Assembly: GCA_964016885.1 (NCBI GenBank)
Contig: OZ024743.1
Coordinates: 230,640,001-230,704,000 of the forward strand
Reading direction: 5' to 3'
Source: Eledone cirrhosa
Taxonomy: Eukaryota
Length of the DNA stretch: 64,000 bases
Part shown: piece by piece, positions 21,293 through 36,300 of the stretch
Layout of the letters: each line of letters begins with the position of its first letter
Numbering within the stretch: the stretch's first letter is position 1
Translations under genes and position numbers: made by a program
Notes under the pieces: generated by a model
What the model saw: only the letters and a program-made list of their open reading frames with translations
Database searches by the model: none
Told to the model about the DNA's origin: nothing

Positions 21293-21803
21293 GCGATGTA
21301 TTAGTTTTGCGAAGTTTTTGATATGAAATCGTGTATCGACCCAAATATTGTTATATTGGGGAGGGTCATATTTGTGTAATATTGCCAAAATTAATAACAG
21401 AACACACTTACTGTTTGGGTGGTTTTCGCTTTTTGCTTCTGTGTCCTTTATATCGGTAATTTAATTTATTCGGTCCTCAATGTTGCCATTGACTGACCAA
21501 CGGTCAAAAATACAGATTCAATATAGACACAAACACATATATATATTTTATCAAAGTTCTTTCGTTGCACATCTGCAACATCTTCAGTGGTGCTATTGTT
21601 TCCTCCCGTTGCATTGTATTTTCTATGCCATCTTTATTTAGTCTGTTTATATATTTATTTATTTGTTTATTTTGTGACTGTGTATTGGTTAATGTATTCT
21701 ATCTTTACTACTGTATTCTAATGTATTCTAATGTATTTAATGTATTCTATCTTTACGCATGTGTGAGCCCCCTGTTGGAGATAAATAGATAGATAGATAG
21801 ATA

Positions 21804-24800
21804 TATTTCTTTATTTACCATAGAGGCATAAAAAGAAGGGACAAATACAAAGGGGGAGTTTACATGAAACCGAGCAAAAAGGGTATAAAATGAAAATAAT
21901 CAAAAACAACCTCAAAAGGGAGGGGGCGTGATGGGGGTAGCAACCCCCCCCCGAAAAAGTGTGCAATCCTTTGCCCCGGGAGCACACGGAGAAGGTGCAC
22001 CTCTCTCCTTCACTTCATTACCTACAGGATGGTATACAGAGAAGGCCCATTTACACGAGCCATTCTCGCCACTATCACCCACCTTTCATAAAACTGCCTG
22101 TGGCCAAGCACCTCTCTCTCCATTCTTATCCTTCTTCCGAAGTGATATCGGAAGAAGTAGACCAGATTATGGCCAGAGAGGAAGTTGCCTGACCTCAGAC
22201 CTTTCAATCGTGTCCACCAAACAACCTCTTTCAACATGGCTATTACGCTCAGAAAAACCGCCTTTGCTTCCTTTGTGAAGAGGGGAGGCGGCTTGATTGT
22301 CATCACGAACTCGGCAGGCAATCGAATCGGCGCCACCCGCGGCAGCAGTCGTTCGGCGTAGCCCCACAGATCAGCCACGCCCGGACATTACACCAATGCG
22401 TGCGCAACGGTTTCTTTTGTGACGCACGCATCTAGGGCAAATCTTTTTCGAGGGATCCCTGCCCGGGCGCCCGTGTCTGTAGAGCTTTTCTCGAACGGGT
22501 AGAGCCCCCCAAGTAGTACTGCCAGGCCAGTGACTTCTGGAAGTTGTCCATTGGTCCGGGGCCGAAAGTCCTACCGGCCAGGCTGGCCAGTTCGTCTTCT
22601 TCCATGTCCACGAACTCTCCAAGGGTGTCATCGCCCCTGCTAGCCACCAGCCCTCTATAGAATGACGAGGTGGATTCTCCACCGATGGCCGGGTCCGCTT
22701 GCCAGAGAGCCCTGAGCGCCTGAGCACACTCAGTGTGCCAGTCGCCCAGTTTTCCGGATCTTTGCTTGACCCAGGACTGCAGCTCGGTGAGCGAGACGAG
22801 TCTCAGGAAGGCTCGTCTCACGAACGGAGCCCACACCGGTTGACCAGTGAGGAATACCTGTAGGTGCCGTAGCCTTAATGCGTGCCTACGCATCATCAAC
22901 CACGGCATCCCAGCCCTCCTTTCGAAGGTTGTTGGCAGCATATAGATCTTCTCACCATAGGAGGGCGCTTTTTCCAAAGAAATTGAAAGAGCATGCGTTC
23001 CATGGTGGTAAGTGTTTCCTTAGGGCAAGGCACGACAGTCAGGCGGTAGTAAGTGACGGACGCTATGTAAATGTTCGCCACCTCCGCCCGCCCTTTTAGG
23101 GACAGCTTACATTTGGCCCATTTCTGGGTCAGTGCAAACACCTTGCTCGTAACCTCGCCCCAGTTCTTTTCCACCTGGAGGTCCGGTCCAAACCAGACCC
23201 CAAGCAACTTCTCCGTGCCCTCCGTCCAGTGTCCGACGACACCGTCGGGAGGCATCGGTCTGCCTCTCCACGTTCCGAGTTGCAGCCCGATGGATTTTTC
23301 CCGGTTCAGTTTCGCTCCTGACAACCTTTCGTATTCCTCCAGTAAGATGCCGATCGCCTCGATCTCCGAATCGGTCGATACCATAACTGTTACGTCATCG
23401 GCGTAGGCCGACACCGCTTTGCTCAATCTTGGTTCCAGGGGGATACCCTGCAACAACTCCAACTTCCTCAGTAAAGGCTCGAGTGTCAATACGTACAGAA
23501 AGAAGGGAGGAAAGAGGGCACCCCTGTCGAATGGATCGTGTGATTTCGAACGGCTTGATCCTAGAATAGATGTGGTTGCTATGTAAGGCAGTGATCCAGC
23601 CTCTGAAAACAGGACTGAACCCAGCCGCCGCTAGCACCGCATCCAGGTAACCATGGTCGACCCTATCGAACGCTTTAGACTGATCCAAGTTGATCAGGGC
23701 CCCACGGAAGCCGGGTTTGTTGCCAACCCTCTCTATGATGATTCGCATGAGGTGGAGGTTGTCGTGAATGGACCTGGATGGGATAGCACATGTCTGCAAA
23801 TCTCCCACCATGATATCCACGACAAGCGCCAACATCTTTGCTAACACCTTGGCCAAAATCTTTAACTCTGTGTTTAGCAGGGTTATGGGCCGAACATTAT
23901 TTATACTATCCCCTTTGTTCTCGTCCTTCCTCACCAGCGAGACTACGCCCTTGGCTACAGAACAAGGAATTCTCCCGTTCTGCTGCCAATTGCAGTAGAC
24001 TGCTTCGAGGAGTTCGGAGAAGAAGACCGGCATTGCCAAATAAAGTTCGTAAGTTATACCATCGAGACCTGGAGATTTGCGTCTGCTGCATTGGCTCAGA
24101 GCATCCCCGATCTCATAAGCCAAGATTGGTCCCTCGCAAGACTCTGCCTCTTCGCTCGAGAGGCGCGGCAGGCCGTCGAGGTATGGCCCGAAATCCACGT
24201 CCTCGCCCGGACCCCCGCCTCCCCCCAACAATCGGGCAAAGTGCCTTTGAAAGGCCTCGCACATCTGCTTAGGATCCCGGATCACCCGTCCATCCTCGTC
24301 TTGCAAAGACCGGATGGTGGATCGTTTTCCACTCTTAGCTTCTGTCACGCGGGCCCAGCCATCGGCTTTGGCCCCCTCATTACCTAGAGCCCGTATTTTA
24401 CTTCGAATGACGCAGCCTTCGTGCTTTGCATCGAAAAACTGGCCCAAGGCCGTCCTCGATGCCAGCACTCTGGCCACATCTTCGCTCTTGATTGCCTCTT
24501 CTAATTTACCTGTTAATTCTTTTTCGTTCCTACTCCTATTGGCAGCTAACATCTTGCTATAACTTATTGATTCTGTTCTAATCTCTCTTTTGAGAGATGC
24601 CCACCATCGGTGGTTGACGATTGCACCCGTCAACCTCTCCTTAACTAATCTGCTATTCCGGTCTCTGTAAGCCTCTTTTGCCGGTAAAGACAAATTAAGT
24701 TTCCAGTAACCGGGACCCTGTCTATGTGTTCTCTCGAGGTTGACTACGCAGGTCACTAATTTGTGATCTGTATAGCCAACCGTGAGCATTTCTGGACAGC

Positions 24801-27596
24801 TTAATATGTCCCTATACTTACTTCTAACTAAGTATCTATCTAAGTACTATCTAGATTGACCACTGTGGTTCGTCCAACTCCAGGTTGGCACCGTTGGAGA
24901 AACTAGTCGATATCTATCGACCAAGTTAAAACGGTCGAGTAACCCCCCTCTATTAGGACATGCTCCTGCATAGTCCCAACGTGCATCTAGGATGTCATTC
25001 CAGTCCCCCGCTAGAAGCAGGGAACGCGACGTTCCCAGAAAAGTCTCCAGACGCTGGAAGAAGTCGGGTCGTTCAATTCCGAAAAGGGAGTAGACGGCGA
25101 CCAGTCTCAAGGCCGCACCTCTACTATTGCCAAGGTCTAGCACCAACAAACGACCTTCCGCGTCCGAGTGAACAACATGTACGGCGAGACCCATGTGTTT
25201 TTCCAGCAGTACGACAACTCCACCCCCACCTGCAGGTTGACAGAGAGATGCGTGAACCTCAAAGTCATCGAAGGTAGGGGCCAGCTGCCGCACGACGCTG
25301 ATCCGAATCTCACAGATAACCATTACATTTATACCACATGACCTGAGGTCATTTAGAAGCTTTGATTGCTTCCAAGTTGAGCCCAGGCCAAGTGCATTCA
25401 GACATCCTACTCTTAATACATCCATGTGGGCGGCAAAGCCAAAGGAGAGTGTAGTGACCTACCTTTCTGCTTCCCGGGGTTCGGGTCGCACGACTTCCAT
25501 CGGGTCGTGGGTGTTGGGTGAAGGGGTGTCTTGTGGTGGTGTGGGATCGTCAGTGTGTGGTGGGGTTGGGGTGTTTGAAGTTGGGTTGGGGAGGGGAAGG
25601 GGAGGGGGAAAGCTTTTTAGTAGGACGTGGTTTATGGTTCTGACAGAGGGTGGTCCTACGTCCTCCTTAAAATCCTTTTTTAGTTTTTGGTAGAGGTTCA
25701 TTGGGATCTTTATTAATTTTAAATGTGGGTAGTTTTCTGAAGAAACAAAGTTTACCCCTTCGGTTTGTACCGAAGGGTTATTGTTTATGAGTTCATTTAA
25801 TTTATTATTGTTTCTGTTGATGTAAGTATAGTGTAATGTCTTTTTTTCGGATGGTGTGAGTGTTTCGAAGAGGGGGGGGGGCAGGTTTGGTTTTGTTTGT
25901 TGCTGGAGGGGTGTTTTGTGTTTTGTTGGATTGTGTTGACATTTGGGTAGGGGCTGTTTGGCCTTGTGCGTTTTGCACATGTTTTCTTTTTTTCCTTTTA
26001 ATCTGTCTGAAGGACTCCGTTTCTTCCTCCGAATTCGTTGGGTTATCTTCAGTGTTGGAGGGAAGAGGTATGTTTGCTGGTAATGTTTCCGTGTTAGTTT
26101 TCTTTGTGGGGGAGATGGATGTCACTATGTTAGACTGTGTTGTGTGTTGTGGCTGCGGTGGTTGTGTTGTTTTATTGAGTGAGGGGTTGGGCGGGACTGT
26201 GTTATGTTTTGGGGTAATGTGTTATGTCTGTTTGTGCTGTGGTGGTGGTGTAGTTTTACTGAGGGACGGGTTGGGTCAGACTGAGTTTTGTTGTTTGTTT
26301 ATCTGTTGTGGTGGTGGTGGAACTGGTGTTGGTAGCAAGATTTTCTTCTTGTTGAGTTGGGGACAAGCCGCCTTCAGGTGCCCTCTGTCTGCACAGATAT
26401 GACAGGACGGCCTTCTCCCTTCCACGCTAATGTTTATATACCCATGGCCCACTAATAGGATTCTGTCGGGTATTTGGGTAATGCGTTCAGGCTTCATTTG
26501 CACTACAAGTTCTATACCTGTCCCACTGAACGCATTGCCTGTGGTTTTCCCAATGGAAATCACATTGTCATTCGCTGGATCGATGAAGCCAGCTATGAGC
26601 CAGCAGTAGTCCATATCTGGCATTATCGCATCCAGCCATATGCGCTGAGTTCTTTTACCCATATAAGATGGATAAAAGGTAAAATTGGTCGAACGAATCG
26701 GCGACAAAGCATGTTTTTTTGCCGCCGATTCGTTGTTCATAATAATGGCTAGGCTTCCATAGAGCCTGTCTCTTCTTATGAAAGTGGCTTCATTAAGTAC
26801 TTCTCTAAGTACCGCTTTAATTTCTGCTTGTGTTGGTTGTTGTGGCTTTTTTGAGATGCTGTAGATGGTGTGGAAAACGACCGTCCGACTCTCAATATCT
26901 TTGGTGAGTTCTTGGGGCATTTTTACTGACAAGGCTCCATTTTCGCCTTGAGTTATGAATTGTTTGGCGTTTTTTTATTATTTGTGCCACATCTGAAATA
27001 TTTTCAGGTATGTATGTTAAAGATTTTTTGTTGTTTGTGCAAATGAGATGTTATTGGTGTTGACTTTGTCGTCTGTTTTGCTTTCTGTTATGATGTTGCT
27101 GTTTTCAAATGTTATTTTTGTGTTTGTTGTTTCTTTGTTTGTGGTATTAATATTGTCATGAAATTCTTTCATATTTTTGTTGTTGTTGGAATCAATCTCC
27201 GGACCTGTGTCCTCGTCGACATTTTTCTCCGCACATTCGTCTGTTTTTATTTTATTTTTTCTTTCCTTCTCTGTGACGTTAGTTGGGAAGGGAGGGGAGA
27301 CTAAAGCTTACAACTCTTACCGCTGCCCCCCCCCCACTATTTTCGTTAGCTTCGTTTAACATTTCTCCCAGACGATTGAAATTTTATGCAAAACAATTTT
27401 TAAAACAGATTTTTCACCCCTGGGAGAGGCGAAAATGAGCTGACCCACCGCCTAACAGTTCAATCGGGGGGTCAAGCTACACAATAGTATCAAAATTAAA
27501 ATTAAACTTACAAAATTTCAGCAATAAATTGGAACAAAACTTCTGCGCGAAGTGAATTACGTCTACGCTATCGAACAGACGACAGCTAATTTCAAA

Positions 27597-27600
<4 letters not shown>
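21804..27600 (-). mobile_element. Tx1/L1-clade LINE, divergent family B, near full length, flanked by (GATA)n
   Basis: ORF1 fragments at 26932-25459 with zinc knuckle CHICADRGHLKAAC. ORF2 APE at 25425-24847 and RT at 24789-22022 (KSPGLDG, RQGCPLS, AYADD), frameshifted. 3' AATAAAGAAA. (GATA)n at 21783-21803 and 27601-27636. Confidence 0.9.
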
Positions 27601-27637
<37 letters not shown>

Positions 27638-27698
27638 CGTGTACCAAACACACACACATTTCTTACTCTCTCTGTCCCTCCCTCTTTATCTCTTCATT

Positions 27699-27729
<31 letters not shown>

Positions 27730-27849
27730 TTGGAGCGTTGTTATTTGGCGTTGTTGAAAAGAGCTTTTCCTTTGACCTGGCAATAAAAAACTAAACAAAA
27801 TTATTTCTGTACCAAGGTACACACACTCACAAGTTTGTGTGTGTGTATG

Positions 27850-27890
<41 letters not shown>

Positions 27891-28443
27891 CTATGTTTAT
27901 ATATAAGGGATAAAAATATTGCTATCTCAGTCACCAAGCTTCTCAATTCATTCCTTACTACTTATTTTGCTACGAGGTATATTATTTTGCAAGGTGCTAT
28001 TTTTCCCCTGAGTTTGTGATTTCAGAGAAAGGTAAGAAATTCTTCATATTTTGCATCTTTTGTATTTTGACTTTGCAGTTTCAATTGTCTATCCACTCAA
28101 AATATTACAACAGCTAACAGTGAAATATAGAATTTAAAAAAAAAAGAAGCTTTTTCGACTGAGATCAAATGTTTTTTTTTTATTTCGAAAATATATAATT
28201 TGAAATAGCTTGCTTTTGTTTTGGACTGAAACTTTTTTGTATTTAATTCATACGAGTATTTTTTAAAGAATCTAAGATAACTTGATTTGGCCCAGTAATC
28301 TACTGATATCCAAATCAGTAGTATATTGACAAATGGAAATATAGGGTATGTGGGCGTTTCGTGATTTCGTTTGGCCAAAATGGGTTGAGAACCTTTGGTG
28401 TAGGACTCCCTCGTTTTTTTTCATTTTGTAAAAAAACCTCACC

Positions 28444-28773
<330 letters not shown>

Positions 28774-29327
28774 TTAAGGATGCACCAATAAACTAGTTGA
28801 TACGATTAATCGGCCTTGCCTTAATTGTTTGGTCATTAGAATATGAAAGTACGTATCAAATTAATATCTCCCATGATTTATCACGATTATAGAGTTGCTA
28901 TTTGTGACCACACGATGACAATTTTAGGCTGTTCCACTGTAGATTGTAACATATATACCCATGCAAGATATTAACTCTATTCTTAAAATGGAGAACATTT
29001 TATATATTTAATTTATTACGTATGAGACCTTAAATGGAATTCTTGCATTTTATTTTTGTTTGAGTAATTTAACAGGGATAATTATACTGGTATATATTTG
29101 AATACCTTTAAATGCACATGTAATCTGAAACTAACATGTTCTAATTAATTCCTTTTAAAAGACCAATTAAACACAAATCCGCTTAAGTGGGTAGGTAAAT
29201 TTCTATTCTACATTAATTCACTCTAATCTACGAGGATTTACGCTCCTTGGTCAGACCCAAGTAATTCAGAGTTGCATTCGAACACTAGGAACTACATTTG
29301 CAGACTTAGACTGTGTGCAGTTGTAAA

Positions 29328-29742
29328 TAATTGTTTCTACTTTTGACACAAGGCCAGCAATTAATCCAGTGCATTACTGGTGCGTTATTTTATCGACCCC
29401 GTAAGGATGAAGGCGTGTGGCTAAGTGGTTAGAGAATTGGATTCGCAATCGTGAAGTTGTGAGATCGATTCCTGGACCAGACGATGCGTTATGTCCTTGA
29501 GCAAGACACTTTATTTCACGTTGCTCCTTCTACCTGGAGGTGCGACCGATAGATAGTATTAGCAATTGGAAAGACAAACGGAAACATTGTTTCCTCGGTC
29601 CGATATGACGAAAGTTGATCGTTCCAAAAGGATGAAAGTCAAAGCTAACCTTGGCGGGATTTGAACTCAGAACATAAAGGACCATAACTATATGCTGCGA
29701 AGCATGGTGTCTGACGCTCTACCGATACTGCCAAATCCACCG
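29328..29742 (-). mobile_element. SINE family 1 interrupted by another SINE
   Basis: Halves at 29328-29411 and 29628-29742; AAGGATGAA is duplicated at both junctions. Confidence 0.75.
29412..29627 (+). mobile_element. tRNA-derived CORE-type SINE (family 2), nested
   Basis: A-box TGGCTAAGTGG, B-box-like GATCGATTCC, CORE-like TGTCCTTGAGCAAGACACTT. A related minus-strand piece lies at ~32760-32800. Confidence 0.65.
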
Positions 29743-31029
29743 AAATACATAATGTATGTTCCTTATGTATTCCTACACATGGAATCTATTGTTTTCTTAA
29801 TTTCTGTATAGTTTTCTGTTTAAAAAAAAAAACTGAATGGCCAATAATCAAAACCTATTATGAATTATTCAGCAAAATCACCGATAGCGATTGTATGCCG
29901 ATCAATCGTTGCAAACATATATGTACACACATATATATATATATATATCCAGAGAGGGAGAGAGAGGGGGGAGGGATAGAGGTGCAGAGAATGAGAGGGA
30001 AGCGTGAGTGAGAGGGAAAAGGAGTGAAAGAGAGATAGATCCAATATGAACAAATTTAAAACATTTATGGGTCTTATCATATACACTAAAGACGTTAGAA
30101 TAAGATTTTAGGTAAAGTTGACAGCTATTTCTAGCATTTCGTACACGCGAATGGGTGCGTACTTGTTGATTATCGCATTTTCTTGTTGTTGATGCTGTTT
30201 AAGTACAGGTCAACACTAACGAGTGGACCTATGATTATAGTCATTCTAACCATGATCATTCAGTCTTTTTTAGCAATTTAAATCAGACTGCATTACCAAT
30301 ATTTCGATTATTTCTTTTGAAAACAGTAGAATATGATTTGTAGAGATTTAGTTATTTCTAGTAAAAAAGTTATAACATAGAAACTACTCTCATTGGCTCG
30401 TAATACTGATCTTTATGTTGCAGTTTGTTTACATTCGTAGGACCACTAAACATTGGCAATAGAATTATAGTTTCTATGGTGAAATGACAGGTTATATTTG
30501 CTTCCATACACAGACGGTTATGTCGGCATATATTACATATCAATGTCTCTCTGCAGAGATATTTCAAATCAATATGAAAATTTATACAAACTTAAATTAT
30601 TATTTTTGATATTATTCTTTTCAACTAAATAAAAATATGAATGCCTATTCAGGAATAAAGAATAGAGTAAAAAAAGAAATATCTTTGGTGAAAAACGTTG
30701 GTCTTTTATCGGCATACACCCACACATACACAGCCCCCCCACCACCACCACCACACTCACACATAAATACACATATCCACAAACACACACACTCACAGAC
30801 ACACATACACACATATATATACATACATATATATATATATATGTTTCTGTATGTGTATCTGTGTACCACAATGGAAGCTATATGTTGTATATATATTTGT
30901 ATCCAAATGCAGACACACACACACACATATATATATTTACTTATATATATATAACAAAGGAGATGTGGTAAGAAACCAGATGGACCATAAAGCACCAAAG
31001 TACTCAATATTTAGGGTAGTAGAGTGGTA

Positions 31030-31113
31030 ATAGGAACGAGTAGGACCCCGACGGCTGAGCTCAGAATTAGCCGTCGAAACGGCTTGAGCTCAGCCGTCGG
31101 GGTCCTACTAGTT

Positions 31114-31118
<5 letters not shown>
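31030..31118. repeat. 34-bp-arm GC-rich hairpin/palindrome
   Basis: Arms 31030-31063 and 31085-31118 with one mismatch; inner stem AGCCGT-CGAA-ACGGCT. Confidence 0.92.
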
Positions 31119-31147
<29 letters not shown>

Positions 31148-31221
31148 TAAATATATATATGTTTGTGTGTGTGTGTGTAAGCATTTGGATACAAATATAT
31201 ACAACATATAGCTTCCCTTGT

Positions 31222-31327
<106 letters not shown>

Positions 31328-31769
31328 TGTGTGTGTTCTCGCGGGTTCGTGTGCGTGTGTGTGGATATAGATATATACAACATATAGATTCCATTGTGGA
31401 AACTCCCGTCACTAGCTGTCCAATGAAGATTGCATTGATTTTGACGCTTTTCAACAGCATCACCTTCTTAGGTAAAATGGAGACGGGCCGTATACAATTG
31501 AAGGCAGTAGTAAATGGCTGGCTTCCTTAGCGTTTTCTATACACCGAACATGACAACCTCGTGCATCATCATCCACTCCAATCAAACAAAAACATGTTTT
31601 TATTATCATCATCGACATTATCATCATTGTTATTATAATCGAAAAGTTCCTTTGAATGATGCTTCTTTTCTAAATCATGCCAAGTGTCAACCTGACACTA
31701 AGTCAAAATTTGATAATACACCCATTTTACCATTAATTGTCATACAAATGATGCCACATGGGCACAAAC

Positions 31770-32380
31770 TACAGTAAATGTCCTTGCAAGGTTTTTAATT
31801 TGATAATACCCTTCTTAGGTCATTGACAGTACAAGTCAGCACTATTTACTGTATCTCTTGCAGGGATGGTCTACCAGGTATCACTTCCCATTATTTTTTC
31901 AGTTCCCTTTTTATCATTCTAAGTGCACGGACAATCACTGATAAATTAAAGGCATTAAGATGCCCCATTATCTCAATTTCAATCGATCGATCTTTAGACT
32001 TACCGAGCTGTCCAAACACTTTCGAGGAGATGTTACGATCTGAGGGAATGCTCATGTCAATTACGAAATAATCTTCCTCTTTATGACACTTCACAATCAT
32101 ATCAGGTCGTGGCCTTGATTGTTCTGTCAGTATTCATTAAGAAATCCCAGAGGATCGTTACGTTCTCGCCTCATGTTACTGCATCTGGGTGAAGGTTGTA
32201 CCATTTTCCCCGGCTTTCAGACCATAAATCCTGAACATTCACCAGTAAAAGCATTGCCCCACTCTATCATGGCTCGTTTTATATTCCTAGGGTGCTAATA
32301 TTTTGCAGCCTGAAATAGTCTCAACATGCTCATCACTTTGGATCAGTTTCCTTTCTGATCACATTGGCTTGAATGTTGCT
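31770..32380 (-). mobile_element. Old degenerate R4/Dong-like LINE 3' fragment (RLE domain)
   Basis: RPDMIV...VIDMSIPSDRNISSK....K.KD..IEI is similar to the endonuclease domain at 43270-43586. Confidence 0.7.
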
Positions 32381-32849
32381 CGTTTTGTGCAGTTGAAATA
32401 AAGTTGATTAGAAATATATCAATTGTAAAAGAGTAACGATATTTTGATTGTAAAACATTCAACATACTCAACACAACGAACAATAAAGTATCATACAATA
32501 TCAACTATGAAAAAAAAAATCTGCAATGCATTTGAGCATGTTCGTGTGCGTGATGGTGTCCGTGCGTGTTTGTGTGTGTGTGGTGGCCCTTATCTGTTCT
32601 GATCAATGTTCTTTGATCAATGGAAAAGCATGCGAGTGTCTGAATATTCCACAAACATGTGCACCTATGATTCCTTCTTCGGAAGAATCAGCGTAATATG
32701 GTGTCTGACAAGGCTATAATTTGAATTGCATATATACCTCATATTTTGCCAGCTAAGTGGACTAGGGCATCGTGAAATAAAGTATCTTGATCAAGGATGC
32801 GCTAGAGGTAAAGATAAAATCTTATATAAATTAAGTAATATTATTAAAT

Positions 32850-33039
32850 AATTGTTTCTACGTTTGGCATATGGCCAGCAATTACCCAGTGCATTACTGG
32901 TACTTTATTTTATCAACCCAGTAAGGATGAAAGGCAAAGTTAACCTCGGCGGGTTTTGAACTGAGAATGGCAAGGACCGTAACTCTATACGTCAAAGCAT
33001 GGCGTCCGAGCCTCTACCGATACGGCCAATCCACGGCCC

Positions 33040-33040
<1 letters not shown>
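32850..33040 (-). mobile_element. tRNA-derived SINE family 1
   Basis: Reverse complement of consensus; head abuts (AAT)n 33041-33083. Confidence 0.87.
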
Positions 33041-33070
<30 letters not shown>

Positions 33071-33344
33071 TAATAATAATAATGATTTCTTTATTAACCA
33101 CAAAGGTTTACATAAAGTAAACATTAAGGACAGTGCAGGACAATGCAGGACGGTACAAATGGGCATTTCTGCGTGTAAAAAACAAAAACAGAGGATGTAA
33201 CAAAAATAACAATGAAAATAACAATGAAAAATTCCCCAATAGGGGGGAGACTTCGGAGGGACATTTGTGGAGAAAGCCCAGTAAAAAGCCACGATGACCC
33301 TGACCACCAAGGCAAGTGCCCTCTCCCAGTTTTCCACCTTTAAT

Positions 33345-36300
33345 TTACAGATATATGCTCAGAGTAGGCCCATTCACTCGGGCCATTCTTGCTTCTCTCA
33401 CCCATCTTTCAACAAAATGCTGGGAAGAGAGCACTTCCCTCTCTACTCTGATTTTCCTTTTCAAATGAAATTTGAAAAAATCAATCAGAGCATCACCGAA
33501 GAGGTAAGTGCTCGTCTTCAGCCCTTTCAAACGTGTCCACCATACTATCACTTTCGCCATGGCCACCAGACAGATAAAAACTTCCTGCCCTTCCCGGCTA
33601 AAGGAGGAGGGCGGGGCAATCCTCACGATGGACTCAGATGATAGTTGGATCCGTCCTAAACGCGACAGCAGGTGTTCGACATAAACCCACAAGTCAGCAA
33701 TTTTCGGACACTGGACGAGTGCGTGCTGGACGGTTTCGTCGCCCTGCGCGCATCTCGGACATGCCCGGCTGACGGCACCTCCATGCCTGTAGAGTTTATC
33801 CCGAACTGGCAAGGCTCCTCGGTAGCACTGCCAGGCCAGAGATTTCTGGAAGTTGTCCATAGGCCCCGGCCCGAAAGTTCTTCCGAAGAGATTGGCTAGT
33901 TGATTTTCGTCGACGCCTAGAGTTTCCCCAGGTACGTCGTCGCTCTTACCCTCCACTAATCCTCTATAGAACGCCGAGGTGGAGTTTCCACCGATCACAT
34001 TGCCCGATTGGTCGAGGGCTGTGAGCGCCTGAAGACATTCCAGTCTCCAGGCGCTCCCTCTCGGTCTTCGCTTGACCCAGGACTGCAGCTCCGTCAAGGA
34101 AACGAGCTGGGAAAATACGCGCCTAGCAAACGGCGACCACACCTGATCACCGTCGAGGAAGAGGTGGAGATGTCGTAGCCTGAGCGCGTGCCTGCGCATC
34201 ATCAGCCACGGCATGCCCAGCCCTCCACGTAGCGGGTGTTGACAACAGATGGACCGCCTGACCATCGGAGCACGTCCCTTCCACAAAAAGCGAAAGAGCA
34301 AACGCTGCAGCGCAGTCAGGCGAGGCTTAGGACAAGGTACGACGGTCAGGCGGTAGCAGATGACAGACGCGATGTACGCGTTAGCCACCTCCGCTCGACC
34401 TTTCAGGGATAGCTTCCTCTCCGCCCATTTCTGGGTGAGAGAAGCCACCCTGCTCGTCACCTCGTCCCAGTTTTTGTCCGTCTAGAGGTCCGGACAGAAC
34501 CAGACCTCTAGCAATTTAACCGGTCCGTCCGTCCAGCGTCCGACGACGTTGTTGGACGGCATGGACCGGCCTCTCCAGGTGCCGAGCTGCAGGCCCACTG
34601 ACTTTTCCTGGTTGATCATTGCTCCTGTCACCGCTTCGTATTCTTTTAGTGTAGTGCCGATCGCCTCGATGGGTTTGGCGTTCGACACCACTACGGTGAC
34701 ATCGTCCGCATATGCTGACACGGATCTTCCGCATCCTAGTTCGCGCGGGACTCCCCTCAACGTCTCCAGTTTGTGCAGTAATGGCTCGAGAGTCAATACG
34801 TACAAGAGGGACGAGAGGGGACATCCTTGGCGGACCGAGCGCATGAAGTTGAACGGTTCCGACAGGTGACCGTTCACTCTCACCACAGAGCAGATGTCGC
34901 TGTGCATGGCAGCGATCCAGCCTCTGAAGACGGGCCCAAAGCCAGCCGCCCTCAGGACTGCCGCTAGGTAACGATGGTCGACCCTATCGAAAGCTTTCGA
35001 CTGATCTAAATTGATCAAGGACCCACCCGTGCCAGGTTCCCTAGCTACCCTCTCTACGATGTATCGCATGAGGTGAAGGTTGTCGTGGATGGATCTGTCG
35101 GGAATGGCGCATGTCTGCGCCTCTCCCACCAGACCACCGACGACAAGCACCAACCTTGGCCAAAATCTTAAACTCTGTGTTTAGCAGAGTTATGGGCCGG
35201 AAATTTTCTATGTTATCCCCCTTGTTCGGATCCTTTCTCAGCAGTGCCACCGCTCCTCGGCTCATAGAACTGGGAATTCTCCCGTTCTGTTGCCAGTTGC
35301 AATAGACGTCCGCCAAGAGGCCTCCGAACAAGTCTGGCATCTGTACGTAAAGTTCATAGGGCAGACCATCCAAACCAGGCGATTTACCCCTTGTGCAGCC
35401 AGTCATTGCCTCCCTTACTTCAGCGGCTGTTATCGGCTTTTCGCAACACTTCGCCTCAGTGGCCGAAAGCCGCGGCAGTCCGTCGAGGTAGACACTAAAG
35501 TCCATCCCTCTACCCGGCCCACCGCTGCCCCCGAACAGCTGAGCGAAGTGTCGCTGAAAAGCTTCACACATTTGCCCGGGATCGAGTAGCATGCGCCCGT
35601 CGTGGTCCACCAAAGACCGGATCGTGGCTTTGTTGCCACGACGCGCCTCCGCCACTCGGGCCCATTGAACGGCTTTCGTCCCCTCGTATCTGAGAGCACC
35701 CACCCTTGCTCTGACAACGCAGCCTTCGTGCTTTGCATTGAAGAATTGGTCAAGGGCCAATTTCGCCGCAAGCACGTCGGTCGCGATGCCTTTGCTAAGC
35801 GCCTCGTCTAATTTTCTAACTAGTTCTCCCTCTGCTCTATTTTTCTCTATTGCTAAAGCCTTACTAAACCTAATCGATTCTATTCTAATCGCTCTTTTCA
35901 GAGCAAACCACCACTTGTTGTTGACGATGGCCCCCGTCAACGCCCGCTTAACTAGTTCTCTAATCCGGTCTCTGTAGGCCTTGCGCGCTGGTAAGGACGC
36001 GTTTAGCTTCCAGTAGCCGGGTCCTCGTCTATGAAGCCTATCTAAGTCAAGCACACAGATCACGAATTTGTGGTCCGTGTAGCTGACTATCTTGATTTGT
36101 GGACAGCCTATGCTAGACCTATCTATTTCCCTACAAAATACTCTATCTAGATATGATCTGGATGACCCTATGCGGTTTGTCCAAGTCCACATTGGCACAT
36201 TCGGGAAATCCAATCGGTACCTGTCAGACAGTTCAAAACGCCTGAGCAGGTTGGTGAGGCTCTTGCACCCTCCACCCCTATCCGCTAATCCCACACAGTC

